64,000 nt of DNA from Sideroxydans sp. (GCA_013140695.1 JABFSI010000007.1:15560-79559), one strand, 5' to 3'. Positions 39,402 through 48,177 are shown, numbered from the stretch's first letter. Translations and numbers: made by a program. The notes: generated by a model not told the origin, from the sequence alone.

Positions 39402-40211
39402 TTACCTTGCAAGCTGACCGTTTTCGAGACTTGAAATATCGTATGCAAATACGACCTTCGGGTCAGGTAAAATCAGCCGCTCGTCTTTGTCTGCGTAGTG
39501 AAGATGACTAAGAATATCCTTCATAATATTAATCCGTGCCAAATATTTATCATCAGCGCGCACTATGTTCCATGGCGCTATGGGGTTGTGGGTATGTGTC
39601 AGCATTTCGTCTCGAGCCAAACTATATTGATCCCACTTCTTAAGTGCATGTTTATCAAGCGTGCTGACTTTCCATTGTGTGAGTGGATCACTTTTTCGCT
39701 CATTCAAGCGTCGTCTCTGCTCTGGTTTACTGATGTCAAGATAGTACTTGAGGAACTTGATTCCGGAGCGCACCAACATATGCTCGAAATCGGACACCGA
39801 GCCCATAAATTCTTGGTACTCAGCATTGGTACAAAAGCCCATCACCCGCTCCACTCCTGCTCGGTTGTACCAACTACGGTTAAATAGAACGAGTTCCTGG
39901 GCTGCAGGTAAATGAGGAACATAACGCTGGAAGTACCACGATGTGCGGTCTTGGTCCGAAGGCTTACCAAGCGCCACGATACGTGTTTCGCGTGGACTCA
40001 AATGCTCAACGATGCGCTTGATCGTACCGTCTTTCCCTGCGGCATCCCGACCTTCAAGGATAATCAGAATTTTGTCATTACAATGAATAAAATGCCGTTG
40101 CAGTTTAACCAGTTCTACCTGGAGTTTGCGTAGACTATCCTTGTAGTCCTTTTTTGAGATCGAGTAAGTGAGATCACTCGAATCTTGTTCTTTGTTTTTC
40201 TTGCTCATCAT
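39402..40211 (-). CDS. ppk2: Polyphosphate kinase 2
   Basis: ILIILEGRDAAGKDGTIKRI (Walker A of PPK2), FNRSWYNRAGVERV, lid motifs. Confidence 0.85.
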   Translation of the reverse strand: MMSKKNKEQDSSDLTYSISKKDYKDSLRKLQVELVKLQRHFIHCNDKILIILEGRDAAGKDGTIKRIVEHLSPRETRIVALGKPSDQDRTSWYFQRYVPHLPAAQELVLFNRSWYNRAGVERVMGFCTNAEYQEFMGSVSDFEHMLVRSGIKFLKYYLDISKPEQRRRLNERKSDPLTQWKVSTLDKHALKKWDQYSLARDEMLTHTHNPIAPWNIVRADDKYLARINIMKDILSHLHYADKDERLILPDPKVVFAYDISSLENGQLAR

Positions 40212-40399
40212 TATTGCCTCACTAATCTAATAAATGTGAAAAATAGTAAATAAGTATTTAGGATAGACCTACTCGCCCCCTTAAAAAAACACTCTAAATT
40301 TCCCAATTAAAACAATAATTGCCAGATACATAATCAGGAAATGACTGAGTAAAACTGTTGTTGTTTTTTTATATCCTCTCCATTTCATCTTCACTCGAG

Positions 40400-41557
40400 T
40401 CAGCTATCGCATGTTTTCTCTGCACCGACAAGTCGATGGTCACCATGACGGCACCACACGCAGGTGCAATTGATGTGATCGCAGCTCTCGTCCCGACGCT
40501 GGGAACGATAGCGATGACGCGCCCAAGGTAGAAGCAAGCGCTTGATGGAACCATGCTGATATATCCAGTGCAGGACGCGATGTGCATCCCAGTGTTGTTT
40601 CTGATTTCTCCGCAATACCCAGCGGTAACCACGGTTACCCAGCATGCCGAAAATCGCCCGATTGACCATGGAACTCTCCATCGGCGGTTCTATCTCCTGC
40701 CGCCAGAGCAGGTCGTAGTTATTGCCTTCCAGTTGGCTACGTGCCGCCAACACCCCAGAAAGGATAGCGTAGCGCATGCCGAAGCCCCACAGAAAATCCT
40801 GGAAACCGGCTTCCTCTCCCACAACCGGATGTATGCCCATGAGAGCACGCGCCGGGATATGGAAATTGCCCGCGCCACCGTGAGGACGTGGATTCACCAT
40901 TTCCAGCCCCACTAGCCGTTGAAAAGCGTCCACGGTGCGCTGGACATACAGGTGTTCCTGCTTGAAGCCGGAGAACATGCAACTTTTGACGGTGCCGCGC
41001 CCGTTCATGACCAACATGTAGGCGTAGCCCTGCGGTGCAAGTTCATCGTCGAGAATCACCCAGAAACCGTTCTCCATGGCGGTCTCAAAGTGGTAGCCAA
41101 CCGCGATAGCATCCGCTGCTTTGGGTCCGGCGGCAAGAATCCCAGTGCCTTGCAGGTTGTCGAGACGGCTGTTGAAGCGCACTTCAACCCCCAATCCACG
41201 CGCATGCTCCAGCAAGGCAGTGTCGAACGTGCCTGGCCCTGGTCCGCGTTCCACCATGTAAAACAGCGTCTTGCTGCCTACCAAATCGTAACGCTCGCCC
41301 CAAGCATCGAAAGCATAACTACGACTGCATGGCAACGTGGCAAACTCGGTGGTAATGCCTATTTCCCGCAGCAGATCGAGTACATCTTGCTGCGTGCTCC
41401 AATTCTCCAGCCCCTGAAAATCGCCGTCGAAACGATGCCCGACTTCGCTCTGCGCCTCGTGAACCAGCACACGGCGACCGGCTTTGGCCAAGGTGATGGC
41501 GGCAGCGAGACCCGCAGGTCCCGCGCCACCGATCTGGATGAGTTCAGTCTGCACCAT
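40400..41557 (-). CDS. FAD-dependent oxidoreductase (geranylgeranyl-reductase-like) with a Cys/His-rich tail
   Basis: IQIGGAGPAGLAAAITLAKAGRRVLVHE (dinucleotide fold). C-terminal ESCDHINCTCVWCRHGDH. Confidence 0.7.
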   Translation of the reverse strand: MVQTELIQIGGAGPAGLAAAITLAKAGRRVLVHEAQSEVGHRFDGDFQGLENWSTQQDVLDLLREIGITTEFATLPCSRSYAFDAWGERYDLVGSKTLFYMVERGPGPGTFDTALLEHARGLGVEVRFNSRLDNLQGTGILAAGPKAADAIAVGYHFETAMENGFWVILDDELAPQGYAYMLVMNGRGTVKSCMFSGFKQEHLYVQRTVDAFQRLVGLEMVNPRPHGGAGNFHIPARALMGIHPVVGEEAGFQDFLWGFGMRYAILSGVLAARSQLEGNNYDLLWRQEIEPPMESSMVNRAIFGMLGNRGYRWVLRRNQKQHWDAHRVLHWIYQHGSIKRLLLPWARHRYRSQRRDESCDHINCTCVWCRHGDHRLVGAEKTCDS

Positions 41558-41566
41558 TATTAACCA

Positions 41567-41749
41567 CTAGTGCCCACCGCAGCACGAGTGGTTGGCTGGA
41601 GCCGCACCGCTTGCGTACTTCTCCGGTTCAGCAACAAACACCTTATGACAGGTATCAGAGCAAAAGTAGTACTCTTTCCCCGCATGTTCCGCTTTAGCTG
41701 CAGCCTTCTCCGGTTCCACGTTCATCTTGCATACTGGATCGATCGTCAT
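41567..41749 (-). CDS. Small YHS/TRASH-domain metal-binding protein
   Basis: DPVCKMNVEPEKAAAKAEHAGKEYYFCSDTCHKVF, C-terminal HSCCGGH. Confidence 0.75.
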   Translation of the reverse strand: MTIDPVCKMNVEPEKAAAKAEHAGKEYYFCSDTCHKVFVAEPEKYASGAAPANHSCCGGH

Positions 41750-41897
41750 TTTCTATCTCCATATCATCACATTAATGGCTGCCACCCTCTTTGGTTACTA
41801 CTGGCTCCGAGGGCAACCTATCCGGAGCCAATATAAACTCTGCTGCAAACCTGCCTTGCGTTACAGGCCTCAAGGTTTTCATCGAAACCTCCTGCGG

Positions 41898-41948
41898 TTA
41901 CTGCTGGCTTTTATCCCAGCGCCGCTTGAGAACGTTGTAAATTCCTTG
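41898..41948 (-). pseudogene. 3' stub (16 codons plus stop) of a DUF5676-like small membrane protein gene
   Basis: QGIYNVLKRRWDKSQQ* matches the C-terminus IYNFLKRRWGNGQP* of 46918..47184. Nucleotide similarity continues downstream (about 41845..41948 versus 46870..46975). Abuts the Rieske stop codon. Confidence 0.45.
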
Positions 41949-42641
41949 CTATGCGACATCTATACCGATGAGGAGTTTAAAATCGCTCAAATAGTTATGA
42001 CGCGGAATTACTAAATTGGTCGGCGCTGGAACGCCCTTGTAAACTCTCCCCGCGAGATCGAACTTAGAGCCATGACACGGGCAATAAAAGCCGCCCAGCC
42101 ATCCTGAACCAAGGTCGGCAGGCGCGACTTCTGGACGAAAGGTCGGCACGCAGCCTAGGTGCGTGCATATCCCAACCGTGACGAGATATTCTGGCTTGAT
42201 TGAGCGCGTGGAATTTTTGCAGTATGCGGGTTGTTGAAGTACCTCCGATTCGGGATCACTCAACCGCTGGTGATCCTTTTCCAATAGCTGCAGCATCTCG
42301 TCGGTGCGATGCAGTATCCAGACAGGTTTGCCCCGCCACTCCACCGTCAGTAGCGCGCCAGGTTCAAGCTTACTGATGTCCGCTTCAACTGGAGCACCTG
42401 CCACCTTGGCTCTTTCGCTGGGCAGCATGCTCGCGACAAATGGCACTGTTGCCACAGCAATGCCGATTGTGCCTAAGGCTGTCGTCGCCCCAACCAGAAC
42501 ACGGCGTCGAGCTAGATCGGGCGGTTCATGCGTAACGTCGAACACGTTCGCCTGCTCCACTGCTGGCAAGCTTTCAGATCCCTCAGGATTGGTTAAATTT
42601 ACGTTCATGCTAATTCCTTCATTGCTCATACTGCTAGGCAA
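41949..42641 (-). CDS. bc1-type Rieske iron-sulfur protein, orphan paralog
   Basis: Tat motif RRRVLVG, CTHLGCVP and CPCHGSKFD cluster boxes, GVPAPTNLVIP. No cytochrome b/c1 genes adjacent. Confidence 0.85.
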   Translation of the reverse strand: MPSSMSNEGISMNVNLTNPEGSESLPAVEQANVFDVTHEPPDLARRRVLVGATTALGTIGIAVATVPFVASMLPSERAKVAGAPVEADISKLEPGALLTVEWRGKPVWILHRTDEMLQLLEKDHQRLSDPESEVLQQPAYCKNSTRSIKPEYLVTVGICTHLGCVPTFRPEVAPADLGSGWLGGFYCPCHGSKFDLAGRVYKGVPAPTNLVIPRHNYLSDFKLLIGIDVA

Positions 42642-42644
42642 AAG

Positions 42645-42821
42645 TCCTGCGCCTCATGAACCAGCACACGACAACCGGCCTTGGCCAGGATAATGGCGGC
42701 CGCGAGGCCTGCTGGTATCGCGCCACCGATCTGGATGAACTCCGTCCGATCCATCAACTACTTACTTATGCCCACCGCAGCACGAGTGATTGGCTGGTGC
42801 TGTACCCTGTTTTATAGGCAT
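42645..42821 (-). pseudogene. Decayed second copy of the YHS / FAD-oxidoreductase pair
   Basis: 42762..42821 encodes MPIKQGTAPANHSCCGGHK* (the tail of a YHS protein). 42645..42754 encodes MDRTEFIQIGGAIPAGLAAAIILAKAGCRVLVHEA (the N-terminus of the flavoprotein). Nucleotide-level similarity to 41440..41600. Confidence 0.55.
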
Positions 42822-42938
42822 CTATGAATTCTCCCTTTTGATGATTGGCATTTCACACCACGGACGATTCCGTGGCGCATTTTTCCAAAGTCACGCCACG
42901 GCCAAGCCACGCGCCAATAACAAGGAAGTCCATGGACG

Positions 42939-43889
42939 TTACCGGCCTTTTGGTTCAGGTTTATGAGCAGGTTCGGTAGCGGAGTGGGCAAACCATTTTT
43001 TCACCTTCGCGGCCCAACCCTTGACTGTATCTCTGGACTTTTGCAGTGTGGTGGGATCTTCCTTGCGTAGTTGCTCGGAGAGTGCGTCAATATCCTTCTG
43101 CATTCGTTCCGCATGCTGTTTCTGTGCCGGGTCATGCACCTGCGAACCATAATCATCGAAACCCTTTCTGGCGTATTTGAGGGCAAAACGTGCGGCGGCG
43201 TAACGCTTCTCGCGTAGCAGATTCTCGGCTAGGATTAGGTTGTCATGCGCCACGTGTAGTGGATCGCTCACAATCACTTCATTGACCAAAGCAGCGCTCA
43301 GGATGCCATTCAGCGCCTCTTCCACTACTTTGGTATCTTTCTTTTCTAGCGCAACCTTGGCGTCCGTCAGGCCGCTTACCGCCTTGCGAACGTCAAGCGA
43401 TACATGGGTATGCACCATTTTGGCATCCGTTTCGCGGATTTTCTCGCGTTTCCCTCCACGCGTATCTAAGCCGTGCACCATAAAGCTCTCGTCCACGATC
43501 GGGATATAGAATACCCTGGTGGTGCTTTCTACTTTATGGGTCAGCTTGCCAAAGCGCATGGTGTCTTTGGATTCGAACTCGGGTGCACTCTTTTCCAACG
43601 TTCGAGCAAGCTCCAGAGCTGCATCCACGTCCTTACCCACAACATCGAGGATCCCATGCTCCAGCGCCATCAGCGCGAGGCTCACATGTCCGATCATCAG
43701 GCTACCGTTTCTCAGTTGCTCGCGGTACACCTTGTCCATTTCCTGTGCATGGGTGGCATCTGCAGCAGGCGGCCGGACTGTTTCCGCCGGTGTTTTCTGC
43801 ACCTGCGCGGGAGCCGCCGCGAACGCACCTGCCAGTGGCATGAGCATTAAAACATGTCCAAATATAAGGCGTATCAGTTGACGTTTCAT
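42939..43889 (-). CDS. Secreted all-helical protein of unknown function (possibly YfdX-like)
   Basis: Start set at MKRQLIRLIF, preceded by GGAGAG. Signal peptide, Ala/Lys/Glu-rich helical repeats. Confidence 0.45.
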   Translation of the reverse strand: MKRQLIRLIFGHVLMLMPLAGAFAAAPAQVQKTPAETVRPPAADATHAQEMDKVYREQLRNGSLMIGHVSLALMALEHGILDVVGKDVDAALELARTLEKSAPEFESKDTMRFGKLTHKVESTTRVFYIPIVDESFMVHGLDTRGGKREKIRETDAKMVHTHVSLDVRKAVSGLTDAKVALEKKDTKVVEEALNGILSAALVNEVIVSDPLHVAHDNLILAENLLREKRYAAARFALKYARKGFDDYGSQVHDPAQKQHAERMQKDIDALSEQLRKEDPTTLQKSRDTVKGWAAKVKKWFAHSATEPAHKPEPKGR

Positions 43890-44117
43890 TTCTATCTCTC
43901 CTAGGTTATCCAACGTGATTAGGGAGCTTCTGAGAAATGTCCATCCACGGACTTTTTCAGAAACGCCCGTCCAGAAAATCAGACCTTGCTCATTCCCGTT
44001 ACTTTCAAAATTTCAGCTTGCATGATAATGTTCCTTTCTATAGGGTTGAAAAAAACTGCACGTTAAACGCCTTCAAGTTGTTACATCCAGTGCGATAGCA
44101 TGACAAGGTTGGTTGAG

Positions 44118-44615
44118 CTACAGCACCACCGGCTTGTCTGGCAATTCATTCTGACCAGCACCGGAAGCGGGGAAATGTTCTACCAGATGCTGGGTCACCG
44201 CCTGAATGCCGCCGACCACTCCGCCTTTGTAGTTCTGTTGTTTAAAGGCGGTTTCCATTTTGCGGCATATCTTCTCCCATTCCTGCGAGCCCACCTTCGC
44301 GTGAATCCCGCGATCGGCAACAATCTCAACGTCCCGATCGGCGAGCAACAGATAAATCAGCACGCCGTTGTTGTGTTCGGTATCCCACACCCGTAGTTGC
44401 GAAAACATGTCAATCGCACGCTCTCTCGCAGATTGCCCCTTAAAGAGCAGTGTGCCGTCCAGTGCGCCTTCCACCGCGAATTGAATTTCTCCGATATGTT
44501 CAGCCTCGCTCGCCTTGATCGCTTGCTCAATCGCGATCATGGCTTGGCGGGGGAAAATCCGATTGACTTGCCAGTGGGTCATCATCAGATGCTTCGCTAT
44601 GCGTTTGATGTTCAT
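44118..44615 (-). CDS. TPM-domain protein (third gene of the LemA-TPM-TPM cluster)
   Basis: Start set at MNIKRIAKH. GEIQFAVEGALD, WDTEHNNGVLIYLLLADRDVEIVADRGI. Confidence 0.7.
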   Translation of the reverse strand: MNIKRIAKHLMMTHWQVNRIFPRQAMIAIEQAIKASEAEHIGEIQFAVEGALDGTLLFKGQSARERAIDMFSQLRVWDTEHNNGVLIYLLLADRDVEIVADRGIHAKVGSQEWEKICRKMETAFKQQNYKGGVVGGIQAVTQHLVEHFPASGAGQNELPDKPVVL

Positions 44616-44617
44616 CG

Positions 44618-45469
44618 TTACCACCTCCCCGACGCGCCGCCGCCGCCAAAGCCGCCTCCGCCTCCGCTGAATCCCCCGCCGCCAAAACCCCCTCGACCGA
44701 ACCCTCCATGGCGACCGCCGAAGCCGTGCCCGCTCATACCGCCCCCCAGCAACGTGAAAAACAACGCAATCACGCCCGCGACCAACGCAATAGATACCGC
44801 GCCGACAAACAACCAAGCCACAACGGCCACGACTCCGCCAGTGACGAGCGCGCCGGGAAATCTGCCTAACACGGCGCGTAGCACTCCGCCTATCACGAGC
44901 GCAAGAATAAAAATGATGGGGATAAACTGTTGAATATCTGCGGTGTCCCCGGAGGAGTTTCCTTTGGGATTCGGCAACGGCTCGCCGTCTATTACACGGA
45001 TGATCTGGTCGACCCCGGCAGTAATGCCGCCATAGAAATCTCCTTGCTTGAAACGTGGTGTAATAATCTCGCTGATGATGCGCTTGCTGGTGGCATCATT
45101 GAGCGCTCCTTCCAGACCATACCCCACCTCGATGCGTAGTGCACGGTCATTCTTGGCGATGACGAGGATTGCGCCGTCATCCACTTTCTTGCGGCCTAAC
45201 TTCCATTGATCCCCAACGCGCAAGGCATATTGCTCGATCATTTCCGGGGCGGTGGTAGAAATAATGAGGACTGCGAGCTGGCTGCCTTTCCTGACTTCAA
45301 AGGCTTGTAAGGTCTGCTCCAAGGCGGCCTTCTGCTCTGCGGTGAGCGTGGAGGTCTGGTCGGTGACGCGCCCGGCAGGGGCGGGAACCATAACCTGTGC
45401 TCCGGCTATGAGAGACCCGCAAAGTGTGAACGCAAGCAATAATGTTCTTGCTGTGCGCGTCACCATCAT
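44618..45469 (-). CDS. TPM-domain (YgcG-like) membrane protein with a Gly-rich tail
   Basis: VTDQTSTLTAEQKAALE, QLAVLIISTT, DDGAILVIAKNDRALRIEVGYGLEGALND. C-terminal GGFGGGGFSGGGGGFGGGG. Confidence 0.8.
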   Translation of the reverse strand: MMVTRTARTLLLAFTLCGSLIAGAQVMVPAPAGRVTDQTSTLTAEQKAALEQTLQAFEVRKGSQLAVLIISTTAPEMIEQYALRVGDQWKLGRKKVDDGAILVIAKNDRALRIEVGYGLEGALNDATSKRIISEIITPRFKQGDFYGGITAGVDQIIRVIDGEPLPNPKGNSSGDTADIQQFIPIIFILALVIGGVLRAVLGRFPGALVTGGVVAVVAWLFVGAVSIALVAGVIALFFTLLGGGMSGHGFGGRHGGFGRGGFGGGGFSGGGGGFGGGGASGRW

Positions 45470-46098
45470 TTAACGACCCCCTGAGCCTCGCCTTGGGGTT
45501 TGGCCGGGGCTGAACCGAAGTCTACTTTAGGCGGCTTAGAGATTTCCTTTTCGTTTTCTACCGCGAAGTTAGGCTTCTCTTTGTATCCGAACGCCATCGC
45601 CGTCAGATTGGAGGGGAAAGAACGCACCGTTACGTTGTATGCCTGCACTGACTGAATGTAGCGGTTACGTGCCACCGTAATGCGATTTTCGGTACCTTCC
45701 AGTTGCGCCTGCAGGTCACGGAAGTTGGCATCGGCCTTCAACTGCGGATAGTTCTCCGACACCACCAGCAACCTGGAGAGCGCGCCTGACAACTCGCCTT
45801 GAGCAGACTGGAACTTGGCAAACGTCTCAGGATTGTTGATGAGTTCCGGGGTCGCCTGGATGCTACCAACTTTGGCGCGGGCGTTGGTAACACTCAGCAA
45901 CACATCCTTTTCATGGGTGGCGTAGCCCTTTACTGTATTCACCAGATTGGGAACCAGGTCCGCACGGCGTTGGTATTGGTTCAAGACCTCGGACCAGCTC
46001 GCCTTAATTTGTTCGTCATTACTCTGAAACGTGTTGTAGCCGCAGCCGGTAAGGCTTAACGCAACTAACGCTGCTAGAATTGCCCATAATTTACGCAT
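45466..46098 (-). CDS. LemA-family lipoprotein
   Basis: LSLTGCGYNTF lipobox, VLNQYQRRADLVPNLVNTVKGYA, NRITVARNRY. Confidence 0.85.
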   Translation of the reverse strand: MRKLWAILAALVALSLTGCGYNTFQSNDEQIKASWSEVLNQYQRRADLVPNLVNTVKGYATHEKDVLLSVTNARAKVGSIQATPELINNPETFAKFQSAQGELSGALSRLLVVSENYPQLKADANFRDLQAQLEGTENRITVARNRYIQSVQAYNVTVRSFPSNLTAMAFGYKEKPNFAVENEKEISKPPKVDFGSAPAKPQGEAQGVVK

Positions 46099-46312
46099 TT
46101 CATTTCTCCAAAGTTAGCTGTACTGCATCAATAAACCGAGCATATTCGGTTTTTGTAGCCACCTTCTCCGACCCCACGTTCATCATGCTAAAGGTTGCCA
46201 GACTCTTGGGTGCCGCTGGCTTCAGGGACCCCCAATCCGAAACTGGCACAATCTCTGCTGTGGTATGGCCTTGGCCTACCGGCCAGATTCCCGGAGTTTT
46301 GACGCTACCTCA

Positions 46313-46564
46313 TCACAGTCTTTTGCTCCAGAATCCCCACGCAACTCCGTAGAGCGCGCCTAACACAAAACCGGCGGCGGTGAACATTAAGAATCCTGTC
46401 AGGAAGCCGACGGGACTACCATAGATTGGCCATGGACTGGCCGACGCAAGTTTGGCGAGAAACCCATAAGGTGGAAACAGCGTATCAAAAATGGCGCATA
46501 GGATATACACCACACCCAAAGTCGTAGCCAGCGAAAATGCATGCAATTTCCAGAAGTTAATCAT
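46313..46564 (-). CDS. Small 2-3 TM membrane protein (DUF5676-like, from memory)
   Basis: 83 aa. Same position and architecture as 46918..47184. Confidence 0.55.
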   Translation of the reverse strand: MINFWKLHAFSLATTLGVVYILCAIFDTLFPPYGFLAKLASASPWPIYGSPVGFLTGFLMFTAAGFVLGALYGVAWGFWSKRL

Positions 46565-46575
46565 GACAAATCTCC

Positions 46576-46770
46576 TTAATGTTGATGACCTTGCGGTCGA
46601 TTTTTGCTAGGTTCTTCTCCGTCTGTTGGGCGTTGATCTCTCTCGTCATGGTGACTACCGTGTCCGCCATGACATCCATGCCCGGACATATGCATCCAGA
46701 TAAACACAGCAAACACCAGCACCCACACCCAGTTCTGCACTAACCAGTTCATATCTATCTCCTCACTCAC
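46576..46770 (-). CDS. Tiny His-rich single-TM protein (DUF2933-like)
   Basis: NWLVQNWVWVLVFAVFIWMHMSGHGCHGGHGSHH...GHQH. Close paralog of 47197..47379. Confidence 0.6.
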   Translation of the reverse strand: MSEEIDMNWLVQNWVWVLVFAVFIWMHMSGHGCHGGHGSHHDERDQRPTDGEEPSKNRPQGHQH

Positions 46771-46794
46771 GTTTACTTCGATACATGCGTTCCA

Positions 46795-46860
46795 CTACTT
46801 GGTCAGATTGGCCTGCGCTCTTCATACTCTGCCGTCGAGACCTCGCCCGCGGCATAGCGT
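46795..46860 (-). pseudogene. SHOCT-domain gene 3' stub
   Basis: Reads RYAAGEVSTAEYEERR, matching RRYAAGEIATAEYEERK of 47416..47643, with an internal deletion. Confidence 0.4.
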
Positions 46861-46917
46861 CACAGCAATACTGCCTCGGGTTACAGGCCTCATGGCCTTC
46901 ATCGGGGTTTCATGCAG

Positions 46918-47184
46918 CTACGGCTGGCCGTTACCCCAGCGCCGCTTGAGAAAGTTGTAAATCGGTACGTACACCAACCCAGCATATACCCCATACAGAA
47001 AGCTCTCGACCAGCCCCAGCAGAAAACCCCACCAGGTAAGCCATTTGAATGCCGGCAGCAGCTGCTCGAGGAGCGCGTGCATGTGCAATGTCTCCGGCGT
47101 GACCAGACCGTAGACAACGCATATGACAAACGTGACCGCGCTCCACAACCCTAATGCCCAAGAAATGAGTTTGATATTCAGCAT
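46918..47184 (-). CDS. Small membrane protein (DUF5676-like, from memory)
   Basis: 88 aa, LLPAFKWLTWWGFLLGLVESFLYGVYAG. Confidence 0.55.
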   Translation of the reverse strand: MLNIKLISWALGLWSAVTFVICVVYGLVTPETLHMHALLEQLLPAFKWLTWWGFLLGLVESFLYGVYAGLVYVPIYNFLKRRWGNGQP

Positions 47185-47196
47185 AATTGTCCCTCC

Positions 47197-47379
47197 TTAG
47201 TGATGATGGCCTTGCAGCCGATTTTTGCTTTGCTCTTTCACGTCTGTTGGCCGTTTATTTTCCTCACCACTGTGACCGCTATGGCCTCCATGACCTCCGT
47301 GTCCGAACATATGCATCCCAATAAACGCCGCGAACACCAGCACCCACACCCAGTTTTGCACTAACCAGTCCATATCCAT
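47197..47379 (-). CDS. Tiny His-rich single-TM protein (DUF2933-like)
   Basis: DWLVQNWVWVLVFAAFIGMHMFGHGGHGGHSGHSG...GHHH. Confidence 0.6.
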   Translation of the reverse strand: MDMDWLVQNWVWVLVFAAFIGMHMFGHGGHGGHSGHSGEENKRPTDVKEQSKNRLQGHHH

Positions 47380-47415
47380 CTCCTCATTTACGTTTGCTTC
47401 AATACCTGAGAACCA

Positions 47416-47643
47416 CTACTTGGTCAGTTTGGCATCGCACTCAAGCTTGGCCTTGCGCTCTTCATACTCTGCCGTCGCGATCTCTCCCGCAGCATAGCGG
47501 CGCTGCAATATCTCAAGCGACGTCTCACGCCGTCGGCCACGCGATACTGGCGTAATCGGAGAAAACAGCACCACGATCGCCACGATCCAGAATAGCCACC
47601 AAAAAACGTGCATCCCCCATAAACTTTGTCCAACGTAATGCAT
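47416..47643 (-). CDS. SHOCT-domain small membrane protein
   Basis: N-terminal TM, then LEILQRRYAAGEIATAEYEERKAKL (SHOCT motif). Confidence 0.7.
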   Translation of the reverse strand: MHYVGQSLWGMHVFWWLFWIVAIVVLFSPITPVSRGRRRETSLEILQRRYAAGEIATAEYEERKAKLECDAKLTK

Positions 47644-47703
47644 GATTTATCTCCTTGTTGAAATATAAAATATTCTTAACGAATTGCGTCTCTCATTATT
47701 TTC

Positions 47704-47880
47704 TCAATTACGGCTAGAGCTTACCTTCAGCCAGCAACGATCAATTTCCGCTTCTGCGGCTAACCAATCCGCCAAATCACAACCTGAAATAAAACCCTTA
47801 CTATCGGAAATGTTATAGGCAGCAACCTCAATGCAGCGATGCCACAGGCACCTGAACGAATTGCCGGCGTGGTGAATCAT
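47704..47880 (-). CDS. DUF2934-like protein, third and altered copy (58 aa, below the track cut-off)
   Basis: Hand translation: MIHHAGNSFRCLWHRCIEVAAYNISDSKGFISGCDLADWLAAEAEIDRCWLKVSSSRN. The core matches the two copies below. The C-terminus is frameshifted by a 1-nt deletion and the N-terminus is replaced. Confidence 0.45.
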   Translation of the reverse strand: MIHHAGNSFRCLWHRCIEVAAYNISDSKGFISGCDLADWLAAEAEIDRCWLKVSSSRN

Positions 47881-47983
47881 GAATGGCTAAAGAACGCGAA
47901 GAATAGTGTTTCATACAATAATATCCTCTAATTAAGAAATTAATTTGGCCACTGGTAAGTAGATTACTTCACTCTACTCGCAT

Positions 47984-48177
47984 CTATATTCGATCCTGTA
48001 TCAACATAATTCTACAGACCCACTTCTGTCTCACACATGACATCTTCATTACAATCTTGTAATCTAGAAAAGTTTCTAACCTTTCCCAATAATCCTTCAC
48101 CGAACTAGCGACCAATTGTTGGCGCAGACGGTCGAAGGATGTTCGATAATTTTGTCCATTAGTGGCTAGAGTTTGCC
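47984..48177 (-). mobile_element. Possible IS5-family transposase C-terminal stub
   Basis: YRTSFDRLRQQLVASSVKDYWERLETF loosely resembles the YR.RN.IER.F..LK..R.IATRYDK tail of IS5-group transposases. AT-rich patch. Weak call. Confidence 0.25.

Noticed and set aside
42858-42885. Hairpin ccacgga-cgat-tccgtgg followed by cgcattttt
   Set aside because: It looks like a terminator only for plus-strand transcription, and there is no plus-strand gene upstream. On the minus strand there is no U-run. Left unassigned.
43928-43962. Nested inverted repeat ttctgagaaa-N15-tttttcagaa (inner gtcc..ggac) between the TPM gene and the secreted helical protein gene
   Set aside because: It could be a terminator or an operator, but there is no U-tract, no second copy and no nearby regulator to tie it to. 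The evidence is insufficient for a call.
44397-44933. 178-aa Pro-rich plus-strand ORF
   Set aside because: It is the mirror image of the Gly-rich tail of the TPM (YgcG-like) gene. PPPP runs arise from GGN repeats on the other strand.
46133-46154. Hairpin aaaccga-gcatat-tcggttt upstream of lemA
   Set aside because: The stem is weak (7 bp, AT-rich) and the orientation is ambiguous. It may be a terminator for the small-protein module, but I cannot support that.
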